Below, piece after piece: positions 53,968-62,386 of a stretch of 64,000 nt of DNA. The DNA comes from an uncultured Ignavibacteriota bacterium (GTDB lineage: Bacteria > Bacteroidota > Ignavibacteria > UBA10030 > UBA8401): NCBI GenBank assembly GCA_903958625.1, contig CAJBTU010000084.1, positions 7,472-71,471 of the forward strand, in the 5' to 3' direction. The translations under genes and the position numbers were made by a program. Position 1 is the first letter of the stretch; the number at the start of each line of letters is the position of its first letter. A model generated the notes under the pieces. That model searched no databases. It had not been told where the DNA came from and saw only the letters and a program-made list of their open reading frames with translations.

Positions 53968-56019
53968 ATGAAAAATGTTTCTCTTCTTCTCCTAATATTA
54001 TCAATGGTTCTGAACGCGCAGGATCAGTTTAAGTCGACACATCAGCAGCAGTGGGAATATTTTAAGAACAATCCGGAAGAAGTGGGAAAGGAGATTGTTT
54101 CTCCGTTGCTTTCTAAACGGAGCGATCTGATGAAGACGCAGACACTGGAGAAGATCGTCTACGGTTTTCATCCCTATTGGCAGAACGGTTCGGAAAGTAA
54201 TTATTATTTTTCATTGCTGACGCATCTGGTCTATTTCAGCGCCGATATCAACGCAACGACCGGCGGATTTACTACCACGAACAATTGGGGGACCGCCGCC
54301 GCCGTAACTCAGGCAAAGCAGTATGGAGTAAAAGTGCACTTATGCCTTACGCTGTTTGGCAGTCATGCAACACTGCTCGGCAACGCGGCTGCAAAAAACG
54401 CGCTGATTGCCAATACGCTGGCACAGCTGGCCGTACGGAATGCGGACGGCGTGAATATCGATTTTGAAAGTATGTCGTCCGCAGTGAAGACGGACTTTCG
54501 CCTGTTTATGAAACAGCTCGGCGATTCATTGAAAGCGCACGGTTATGAATTTGTGATCGAACTTCCGGCAGTGGATTGGTCCAACATCTTCGATGCAACA
54601 TTCTTTTCTACGCTTAATCCTGTCACCGATTTTTATTTTGCCATGCTCTACGATTACTGGTGGTCGGGAAGCGCTACGGCAGGTCCGAACGCTCCGCTGC
54701 GCGCGTCGAATATTACTTCGGAATGGCACGTGCTCCGCAGTATCGACACGTACATTAAAACCAAAGGATGTCCGGCAAATAAATTTATCGCCGGTTTCCC
54801 GAATTATGGACGCGAGTGGGCAGTGAAAACCACTGCAGTAAATTCCGACACGCTTGGAGGTTATACAAGTGCTTCACGGACGTATACGGTGGTGAAGAAT
54901 AATTATATCGATACGATCTCGGCAAATCGTCAATATTGGAGTGCAACATACAATACGCGCTATTACAACTATGTTGGCGGCGGTGTTTGGAGGCAAACAT
55001 GGTATGACGATTCTTTAAGTTGGGCCAGGAAATTCGATTCGATCAAAGTGAAAAATGTAGCTGGTACCGGAATGTGGGCGCTTGGGTACGATGGCAGTGA
55101 GCCGGAGATGTGGGGCGCGTTAAAAACAGCATTTGCTCAAAAGAAAAATCCTTCGCATACGACGTTCGAAGATTTTGAATTGAATGCCGGCAGATTCGAT
55201 AAATATCCCCGATGGAGCGGCAGTACGGCAGGAATTGATATGGCTTCTTCGCAGATATGGACGAACGACGTTTCGCACAACGGACACGGATCACTTGTTG
55301 TTGTTCTAAAGGATAGTGTTGAGACACAGCAAAGCTGGACTGTTAGACTGACTTCAGGAGGAGGCGCCCGGATAAACAATATTCAATTTCCCAAAGCAGG
55401 CTACATTGGGTTTTGGATGAAAACCCGTACCGCACCGTCCGGAGCCCAGGTTGCATTGACGATCGACGATCAGCGAAGTGGCTCCTCCGATCTAACGGAA
55501 CTTTCTCTTAAACAGGATGTTGTCAACGACGGTGCGTGGCATCTTTATGAATGGAATCTGAATGGAAACGGATGGTCAAGTTTTTCAGGCGGCAATGGTC
55601 TTCTGGACAGCACGGTGCTCTCCCTGGATGCGGTCATGATCTTTGCACCGGATGCCTCTCCCGATTGGACATTCTATATCGACGATGTTTCGCAGAATGT
55701 ATCCGGAACACTTCCGGTTGAAATTAAAAGCATAAGCAATGTACCGGAAGCATTTAATCTGGAACAGAATTATCCCAATCCGTTCAATCCATCAACAACG
55801 ATCCGTTTTGGAATCCCTTCTTCATCCGGCGGCGGCACCGTGAGTATGAAAGTGTACGATCGGCTGGGCAGATTAGTTGTTACACTGATGGATGAACAGA
55901 AAGATGCAGGCAATTATTCTCTTCAATGGAATGCATCAGGAATTGCCAGCGGACTCTATTTCTACACGATGCGCGCCGGCAATTATACGGCGACAAAAAA
56001 AATGTTATTGATCAAGTAA
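53968..56019 (+). CDS. secreted glycoside hydrolase family 18-like protein with a C-terminal beta-sandwich region and a T9SS sorting domain
   Basis: Signal peptide. GFHPYWQ..., catalytic-region motif DGVNIDFE (variant of DGxDxDxE that retains the Glu), MWALGYD. C-terminal EQNYPNPFNPSTTIRF...GLYFYTM tail. Confidence 0.8.
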   Translation: MKNVSLLLLILSMVLNAQDQFKSTHQQQWEYFKNNPEEVGKEIVSPLLSKRSDLMKTQTLEKIVYGFHPYWQNGSESNYYFSLLTHLVYFSADINATTGGFTTTNNWGTAAAVTQAKQYGVKVHLCLTLFGSHATLLGNAAAKNALIANTLAQLAVRNADGVNIDFESMSSAVKTDFRLFMKQLGDSLKAHGYEFVIELPAVDWSNIFDATFFSTLNPVTDFYFAMLYDYWWSGSATAGPNAPLRASNITSEWHVLRSIDTYIKTKGCPANKFIAGFPNYGREWAVKTTAVNSDTLGGYTSASRTYTVVKNNYIDTISANRQYWSATYNTRYYNYVGGGVWRQTWYDDSLSWARKFDSIKVKNVAGTGMWALGYDGSEPEMWGALKTAFAQKKNPSHTTFEDFELNAGRFDKYPRWSGSTAGIDMASSQIWTNDVSHNGHGSLVVVLKDSVETQQSWTVRLTSGGGARINNIQFPKAGYIGFWMKTRTAPSGAQVALTIDDQRSGSSDLTELSLKQDVVNDGAWHLYEWNLNGNGWSSFSGGNGLLDSTVLSLDAVMIFAPDASPDWTFYIDDVSQNVSGTLPVEIKSISNVPEAFNLEQNYPNPFNPSTTIRFGIPSSSGGGTVSMKVYDRLGRLVVTLMDEQKDAGNYSLQWNASGIASGLYFYTMRAGNYTATKKMLLIK

Positions 56020-56391
56020 TATCGGTGAGATTTCGAATTCAATTACGGGCTAGCGTTGATAACAGTAACCGGTTGAATGTTCATAATTCCATTTTGACGC
56101 ACATTGTTAATGTTTTGTGATTAGAGACTTTCCTATCTCATTTGCAACCAATCAGACCGTCCAAACCTTCAATTTCAACGCAGTTCCCTCTTGACAAGAC
56201 CAAAGAAATGAAATAACTTTCCATTATGATAAGGTGAACAGAGTAGTTCCGAATTGAGGGATTCTCTCTAACATCACTCCCGATCCGTTGTTCTTTCCTC
56301 ACGAGCCATGTTAGCTTTCAAATAGTTCCAAAAAATCGCTCAACAATAGTTTAGTCCGATCGTACAGACGAGCTTCCGAAAGGAGGAGGTC

Positions 56392-56955
56392 ATGAAACGG
56401 GAAAAGATCACGATATGTTCCGGCGAAAGAATAACGCCGTTGTGCATAGAACTGCTTGTGTCACGTTTGCAATCTGATGACGGCGCAGAAAGAAAACATG
56501 CACGCGAAGCATTGGTGAAGATAGGGAAACCGGTGGTTCCGTATATTACGGAATTGATGACGCATCCCGAAAGCCATGTGAGATGGGAAGCATGCAAGAC
56601 GCTTCAGCGGATCAGGGATCCGAAAACCGCTTCATTGTTGGCAACAATGCTCATGGACGAAGATATGGATGTCCGTTGGGTAGCGGCCGAAGCATTGGTT
56701 GAATTGGAGCATCATGCCATTGTTCCGCTGCTGGAGACAATCGAAGAAAATTTTGATTCGGTCATTTTTCGCGAAGCGGCGCATCATGTTCTGCATTCAT
56801 TGAAAGAGAGCCGTCTGCTTGACGAAACAACCGAACAAGTGCTGGATGCACTAAGACCGACGGAAGTTTCTTCGAAAGCAGCGTTTATCGCCAATCGCGT
56901 ATTGGATCACGTCCGCTCTCATATGCCGATAAGACGCCACCGGATATTGGCGTGA
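56392..56955 (+). CDS. HEAT-repeat (PBS-lyase HEAT-like) protein
   Basis: Repeats such as ERKHAREALVKIGKPVVPYITELMTHPESHVRWEACKTLQRIRDPKT and DMDVRWVAAEALVELE. Strong GGAGGAGG Shine-Dalgarno 5 nt upstream. Confidence 0.7.
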   Translation: MKREKITICSGERITPLCIELLVSRLQSDDGAERKHAREALVKIGKPVVPYITELMTHPESHVRWEACKTLQRIRDPKTASLLATMLMDEDMDVRWVAAEALVELEHHAIVPLLETIEENFDSVIFREAAHHVLHSLKESRLLDETTEQVLDALRPTEVSSKAAFIANRVLDHVRSHMPIRRHRILA

Positions 56956-56975
56956 ACTTCGTCGAGAACAGAGGC

Positions 56976-57010
56976 AAATAAAACGTCCGGAGTTTTGAGG
57001 ACTCCGGATG
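56976..57010 (-). terminator. Rho-independent terminator of the TonB-dependent receptor gene; also sits behind the convergent HEAT gene
   Basis: TCCGGAGT (56986-93) / ACTCCGGA (57001-08), extendable by 2 bp. On the minus strand it is followed by TTTTATTT (complement of 56976-83). Confidence 0.75.
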
Positions 57011-57020
57011 TTGTGGCGAC

Positions 57021-59273
57021 TTACATTCTCCATCTCAATCCGATATACGCTGTCCGGCCATAGATCGGTCCCCAAAGTAAGGCACTGTCAAAATAACTTC
57101 CATTCGGATTCGCCGCATCAAGGATCGGATTCGTCTGCCGGAAGTTCAAAAGGTTTTCGATTCCCAGATAGAAATCCAAGCCGGCAAAAAAAGAACGGGT
57201 GATCTGCGTGTTTGCCAAAATAAAATTCGGCGATGTGCTTCGTGACTGTAATCCTGCCGGATTCGTTTGCGTGTCGGGAAGACGTTTTGTACCGAACCAT
57301 TGCAGCGTCAGATCATACAGCATTTGTGAAGAGTTCTCATCGTCACGATCGGTTGCATATCCGAAATTGATGAACGCACGGTGCTGTGCAACAAAGGGAC
57401 GTTCACGCAGTGCTCCGTTGATCGTCTGCCGCACATCGTAAAAACGATACGCAATGCGTGTATCCAGTTTTTCGATCGGCTGTATGTTCAACTCCACCTG
57501 AACGCTGTTGGAATACGATTGTCCTTTTAAATTATAGAAACTTACCTGATGCGCGTTCGCATCAAGATCGACAACCACTTGTTTGTCGAACACCGTCCGG
57601 TAAAAATCAACGGCGATCGTTGCATCCCTGTAATCCCACGTGAAATAATGTGTTACATTAAAACCAACGTTCGACGCGACCTCAGGATCCAGTCCATAGA
57701 CCGATTTGGTGTTGGAAGGAATCACAACAACATTTCGTGAGCTTGCAAAATATGCCATGTTCTCCGCGAAAATGTTCGATGTTCTTTGTCCGCGGCCGGC
57801 AACAGCGCGAAAGACCCAGTCTTCCTGTGGAGTATAGCGAAGGTGGAGTCTCGGAGTGAAAAATGTTCCGAAAAGATTATGATTATCCGCACGGATACCG
57901 GCGATCATCGAGAATTCGTCTCCGGGAGTGTATGTGTATTCAAAGAATGCGCCGGGAACCTGTTCTGTGCGCTGATACCGGATATGCTTGAATGTCTCAT
58001 CATACTTGTCATAAAGCATACTTAGTCCGGTCCGGAACTTATGCATCGTATTATCGAAGATCGACTGGTAGATCAAATTCAGATATCCGGCTTCTTCATT
58101 CGCGTTATAATCGTGTGTGGTAAAAAAGGAATTCTGTCTATTCCGTGTTAACGACCATTGCAATCCGATGCTTTGATATTGTTTTTGCGGGAAGACATAT
58201 CCGGTCTTGCCCCAGACGCGCAGCTGGTTGCCGTTCATTGCGAACGAATATTCTGCGGGACGAAGCGTCAACGAGGGTTTATCCAGATTATAGCCGTGCT
58301 TTGTCCCTCCTTGTTTTTCGTCATTCACAAATTGCACGCCGATTTGACCTTCCCATCCGGTATGATTAGTGAAATGGAACCGCTGAATGGCATTGATCGT
58401 TTTGTAGAGCGGCATATCCAAAAAATTGTCGCCGTTTCCGTCGATAATCTGCTGTTGTGTGCTGGCATGGAGAAGTGTCATTGACGACCATTCAGCACTG
58501 AGCGGAGTGCGCACATTCAGATTCGCTTCCATCCGTTGTTCCTGATTGCCGAAGAAATTGAAGAAAAATTGCTTCTCATCGGTATCTTGCGGTTTGCGCA
58601 GTTCAACATTGATCTGTCCGGTGATCGATTCGTACCCGTTAGCAACCGATCCGACCCCTTTTGAGACCTGAATATTCTCAACCCACGTTCCGGGAATGTA
58701 CGTCAGTCCTACGCTCGAAGTCAGTCCGCGAATGGCGGGAAGATTTTCGAGCGTTATCTGTGTATAGGTTCCGGAAAGTCCCAGCATTTCGATCTGTTTC
58801 GTTCCGGTGATCGCATCGGTGAAGGAAACATCGATTGAAGGATTTGTTTCAAAACTTTCGGATAGATTGCAGCACGCGGCTTTGAACAATTCCTTTTCCG
58901 ACATAATTAATGTTTTTTGCGGAGCCAGATAGTTGACGTATGTGCTTTGCCGTTCGCCCACAATTTCCACCTCGGCAACACCATGCGCATCCGGCTTCAA
59001 GATGATGTTTATTTTTGACTGATCACCGATGCTGACAGTATCGGAAACATATCCTATGTAACTGACAACAAGACGGTTACTTTGTGTGTTCACCGGCAGA
59101 TGAAACACACCGCTGGTATCGGTTGTTGTGCCGTTGGCAGTGTTGAGCCAATAGACATTCGCCCCGATAATAGCATGGAATGCTCCTTCGTCGGTCTTTT
59201 CCAGCACAACGCCTGTCAATTTCTGAGCGTTAAGAAAGGAAAGGAACGTAATTAAAAACAGTAAGATCTTCAT
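57021..59273 (-). CDS. TonB-dependent receptor with an N-terminal carboxypeptidase-regulatory-like domain
   Basis: Signal peptide MKILLFLITFLSFLNA/Q. GVVLEK...GANVYW (CarbopepD_reg-like), a plug region (..EIVGER...), and a long beta-barrel ending ...AYIGLRWRM. Start moved to the ATG at 59273. Confidence 0.85.
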   Translation of the reverse strand: MKILLFLITFLSFLNAQKLTGVVLEKTDEGAFHAIIGANVYWLNTANGTTTDTSGVFHLPVNTQSNRLVVSYIGYVSDTVSIGDQSKINIILKPDAHGVAEVEIVGERQSTYVNYLAPQKTLIMSEKELFKAACCNLSESFETNPSIDVSFTDAITGTKQIEMLGLSGTYTQITLENLPAIRGLTSSVGLTYIPGTWVENIQVSKGVGSVANGYESITGQINVELRKPQDTDEKQFFFNFFGNQEQRMEANLNVRTPLSAEWSSMTLLHASTQQQIIDGNGDNFLDMPLYKTINAIQRFHFTNHTGWEGQIGVQFVNDEKQGGTKHGYNLDKPSLTLRPAEYSFAMNGNQLRVWGKTGYVFPQKQYQSIGLQWSLTRNRQNSFFTTHDYNANEEAGYLNLIYQSIFDNTMHKFRTGLSMLYDKYDETFKHIRYQRTEQVPGAFFEYTYTPGDEFSMIAGIRADNHNLFGTFFTPRLHLRYTPQEDWVFRAVAGRGQRTSNIFAENMAYFASSRNVVVIPSNTKSVYGLDPEVASNVGFNVTHYFTWDYRDATIAVDFYRTVFDKQVVVDLDANAHQVSFYNLKGQSYSNSVQVELNIQPIEKLDTRIAYRFYDVRQTINGALRERPFVAQHRAFINFGYATDRDDENSSQMLYDLTLQWFGTKRLPDTQTNPAGLQSRSTSPNFILANTQITRSFFAGLDFYLGIENLLNFRQTNPILDAANPNGSYFDSALLWGPIYGRTAYIGLRWRM

Positions 59274-59363
59274 AATCCCTCTTTCGGAAAAAACGTGAAA
59301 ATACATTCTCAACACGGAACGGCAAGCGTTTCGAGTTGAGAATAATGATTTTAGAATTTACCG

Positions 59364-59711
59364 TTAGTGTGAACTGTCTCCGCCGCGGTAGAGGCAGCAT
59401 GCGGGAAGATTGGAATACACGGAATCGGGCGCCTTGAACTTTTCGGTGTCGTGTCCGACGGAAGCAAGAAGCTGCTGCAATGAATCAACAGAGATCTTAC
59501 CGGGGAGATATGCGAGCTTCAGCATCTTCGATTTCTTATCCCATTTTGCAAGCTTTACTTCAGGGATCTTCAGCGTTTTTTCAATGCGTGTTTTGCACAT
59601 GCCGCAATTGCCGAAGACTTTGAATTCCATTTCTTTAACGGGATCGCCGGCAAAGGCAAAAGCTGAAACGAGAGAGAGAAGGATGATGGAGGAGAATAAT
59701 TTTGTTTTCAT
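59364..59711 (-). CDS. secreted heavy-metal-associated (HMA) domain protein
   Basis: Signal peptide. FKVFGNCGMCKTRIEKTL carries the CxxC metal-binding loop of the HMA fold. Confidence 0.8.
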   Translation of the reverse strand: MKTKLFSSIILLSLVSAFAFAGDPVKEMEFKVFGNCGMCKTRIEKTLKIPEVKLAKWDKKSKMLKLAYLPGKISVDSLQQLLASVGHDTEKFKAPDSVYSNLPACCLYRGGDSSH

Positions 59712-59852
59712 GGTTTTCCTTATTTAAATGTTCTGAGAATGAGATAATTTGAAAATAGCTCGCCGCTTCCGACGGGATATCTTTGCGTTGAACGGACCAT
59801 GGTGAAGAAACAGTCGTCCGGAACAGCAAGAGATCGCGGAGTTCTCAGAGAA

Positions 59853-60236
59853 TTAAATACGGAAAACAGAATTACTGATACAGAGATCGTTATTAGGAGG
59901 GGGTGGTGAAAAGGATGACAAAAAATCGATTTTAAATTCTGAAACAAAAGCCGGGTAAACGAACGATGCTTCCGTTGAAACAGCATCAAGGGCAACAAGA
60001 TGCTCTGCCTCGGGTGCGATGCTAGATTTTTGGGTATCATCAAGCTGGATCGTTGTGATTACCGTTGTGCAGCATTTGTCTGCCGCCGACTCGTCGCTGC
60101 ATCCGCACGGATCTTCATACGTAATTGTTGCCAGAGTTGCTTCCGATTCTCCGCCGCAGGTATGAACAACAATGTTCAAACCAACGGAAAAGGTCGTGTA
60201 GAGGATCAAAAACAATATGGTCGGGATATTTTTCAT
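59853..60236 (-). CDS. small membrane-anchored Cys-rich protein, HYC_CC_PP-like
   Basis: N-terminal anchor, then VHTCGG, PCGC, DKCC and a C-terminal SPPPPNN. This matches my memory of the HYC_CC_PP family found beside TonB receptors and HMA proteins in Bacteroidota. Not verified. Confidence 0.5.
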   Translation of the reverse strand: MKNIPTILFLILYTTFSVGLNIVVHTCGGESEATLATITYEDPCGCSDESAADKCCTTVITTIQLDDTQKSSIAPEAEHLVALDAVSTEASFVYPAFVSEFKIDFLSSFSPPPPNNDLCISNSVFRI

Positions 60237-60299
60237 TAATTGAAGATACTCAATCTATTCAACAGCATCCAAGACGGAGTACGTTCCCAATTTTTCAGA

Positions 60300-60734
60300 T
60301 TAATTGTGCGGCAGTTGAATCGGTTCGTCCGAATGAGGGAAATTTTTCATTGTTGTCACAAAATACTGATATGCCGCACTCCAGCTTTCTTCTACTTCAC
60401 GCGTAAACTTTTCTTGCAGGACGGTGCGGATGGCGGAATTCAGCGCTGTGCCGAAAGAGATAAAATGATGCGGTTCGATCCCATAGGATTTATGGATCAT
60501 CCCCAGATTGTAGAGCATCGGCTGCAACTGTGCCGGGTCATCAATATTCTCTACGGCTACACGCAGCATGCGCATCAGTTTCTTCTGTTGTTCCGGCAGG
60601 TCGCCGCGGAACAGCGCTTTGGCATTCGGTTCAAGCCGGAATAATTCCTGATACAGCAGGTCGGCAAGCCGGCCTTCATGTGGTACAAGTTGTGCAAATG
60701 TTGTGCGGACAAGATCTTGCTGTTTCGTTGTCAT
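60300..60734 (-). CDS. single-domain globin
   Basis: 144 aa. MTTKQQDLVRTTFAQLVP...LFYQELFRLEPNAKALF...ML..AV...DD...L...L..LG..H..YGI.P.HF is the classic bacterial globin pattern, with a proximal-His candidate in GMIHKSYGI. Confidence 0.75.
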   Translation of the reverse strand: MTTKQQDLVRTTFAQLVPHEGRLADLLYQELFRLEPNAKALFRGDLPEQQKKLMRMLRVAVENIDDPAQLQPMLYNLGMIHKSYGIEPHHFISFGTALNSAIRTVLQEKFTREVEESWSAAYQYFVTTMKNFPHSDEPIQLPHN

Positions 60735-60794
60735 AAAACTCCTTTGGTATTATCGCGTATTATGCAGTAATCATTTTAGCGAAGCTGAACGCTC

Positions 60795-61025
60795 TTAGAT
60801 AATTGCTTCGTCCAGCGTAAACTGTTCGTTTACTTCTTCCAGCGTTTGCTCCAATTGACGGCACTGTTGTTCTTTTTCTTCGATCAAACGATGGATGACC
60901 GGCGTGACGATCGTATCTCCGAGTGAATGTAATGAACGCTCATACATTGCTATGGTTTCATTCTCGTGTTCAATAAATTTTTCTATTACGCTTGTAACGG
61001 ATGAAAATTCATCGTTTGTTTTCAT
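60795..61025 (-). CDS. small acidic helical protein (hypothetical)
   Basis: 76-aa ORF starting 25 nt after the korB stop on the same strand. Predicted helical (IEKFIEHENETIAMYERSL...LIEEKEQQCRQLEQTLEEV). Confidence 0.4.
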   Translation of the reverse strand: MKTNDEFSSVTSVIEKFIEHENETIAMYERSLHSLGDTIVTPVIHRLIEEKEQQCRQLEQTLEEVNEQFTLDEAII

Positions 61026-61050
61026 AGTAACCTCTGTGGATGCTCATACT

Positions 61051-62382
61051 TTAGATAGTGATGAGCGGGACCAACGATTCGATATCCCGATGATATAATA
61101 GTGATTTTTCTTTGAATTTTGTATCGATCATTTCCACCAATGCTTCCTGTGATACCCAGCCCTTTTTCACATTGAGCGAAGCAAGGGCGCTCAGTGCCGC
61201 CCTGTTTCCGGTGCAAATTGCACGCAGCGGCAGGCGAAAGACCTTTCCCGGACATTCAAACTCCGGAAGAGTCTGTTCTGCAATGACAACGGTGTTTGTG
61301 CTGCATTTTGAGAGCGTTCCATTGGCCCGCGCCTCTTTTAATCCTTCCGGTGAAGAAATGATCACGGCATCCGGTTCATCAATACCGGTATACAGTATCT
61401 CTTCGCTGCTGATACAAAGCTCGGAAACGGAGAATCCCGATCCCTGCGTAACAGGATTATCATTCTTTTGCGTTGCATGCAGTCCGCTGGAGATCGCCGA
61501 CTTCATAAAAAGGAACGATGCCAGCTGCACCTTCTCGCCAGCAGTTCCCGAAAGCACAATGCGCCGGGTTCCCTGTAAAGGTGAAGTAAACTTTGGCGTT
61601 ATCGTATCGTCAACATTTTTTTTCTGTGCTCCGAGTACCTTCTCTTTATATAAGGATGAAAAATCCGACCTGCCGGGCGTGCTGTCGCTTTCGGAATACT
61701 GAATTTTCCCGTTGATCATTTTTCCATCGATCTTATTGAAAGGAGTCGCCCATTCAGTGCAGAGCTCGAGGATCTCCACCAGTGCAAAACCGGGATGAGC
61801 GATCGCTTCTGCAATGATGTTGCCAAGATTTTTATCCGTTGCCGCCGCCTGCCGGACAAATGATGCGCCGCAGGTCTTCACGATGGAACAAATATCCATG
61901 GGTGGGACGATATTGCCCGCCGGAGTAGTCGGCGTTACAAAATCGAGCGGAGAGAACTGCGAGTGCTGTCCGCCGGTCATTCCGTACAGAAAATTATTTG
62001 CCAGCAGCACGGTTACGTCGACATTCATCATCGCCGCATTCACAAGATGCAGCAGACCGATCGTTGCGCCTCCGTCACCGATGACAACGATCGTTTTCAT
62101 TCTCGAGTCGTTCAATATGCCGTCGGCCAGTTCGATGCCCGTTGCAAATGCCGTGGAGCGTCCGTGCGTGGTATGGAATGTATGCGGTGTGGCAAACAGT
62201 GAATCAAGAATGCCGATGCAGCCGATGTCGCTGACGATGCATACTTTTTTCGGATCAAGGTTCAGCTTTACAAGGGCATCATCCAAATGATTGACATAAT
62301 GATGGTGTCCGCACCCTTTGCAGAATGGAAAGGATGCATTCTCTTTTTTATATGCATATTGCTGAACGGTTTCTTCTGTCAT
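61051..62382 (-). CDS. korB: 2-oxoacid:ferredoxin oxidoreductase beta subunit (TPP-binding) fused to a gamma-like domain
   Basis: N-terminal FCKGCGHH, SDIGC, and the VVIGDGGATIG...NN..YGMTGGQ TPP motif. The C-terminal 170 aa or so (IVLSGTAGEKVQLASFLFMKSAISSGLHATQKNDNPVTQGSGFSVSELCISSEEI...PDAVIISS) resemble the gamma (POR) domain. Confidence 0.8.
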   Translation of the reverse strand: MTEETVQQYAYKKENASFPFCKGCGHHHYVNHLDDALVKLNLDPKKVCIVSDIGCIGILDSLFATPHTFHTTHGRSTAFATGIELADGILNDSRMKTIVVIGDGGATIGLLHLVNAAMMNVDVTVLLANNFLYGMTGGQHSQFSPLDFVTPTTPAGNIVPPMDICSIVKTCGASFVRQAAATDKNLGNIIAEAIAHPGFALVEILELCTEWATPFNKIDGKMINGKIQYSESDSTPGRSDFSSLYKEKVLGAQKKNVDDTITPKFTSPLQGTRRIVLSGTAGEKVQLASFLFMKSAISSGLHATQKNDNPVTQGSGFSVSELCISSEEILYTGIDEPDAVIISSPEGLKEARANGTLSKCSTNTVVIAEQTLPEFECPGKVFRLPLRAICTGNRAALSALASLNVKKGWVSQEALVEMIDTKFKEKSLLYHRDIESLVPLITI

Positions 62383-62386
62383 AAGC

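Noticed and set aside
61112-62290. Plus-strand ORFs 61112..61702 and 61814..62290
   Set aside because: They are antisense to korB, whose TPP-binding motifs are clear.
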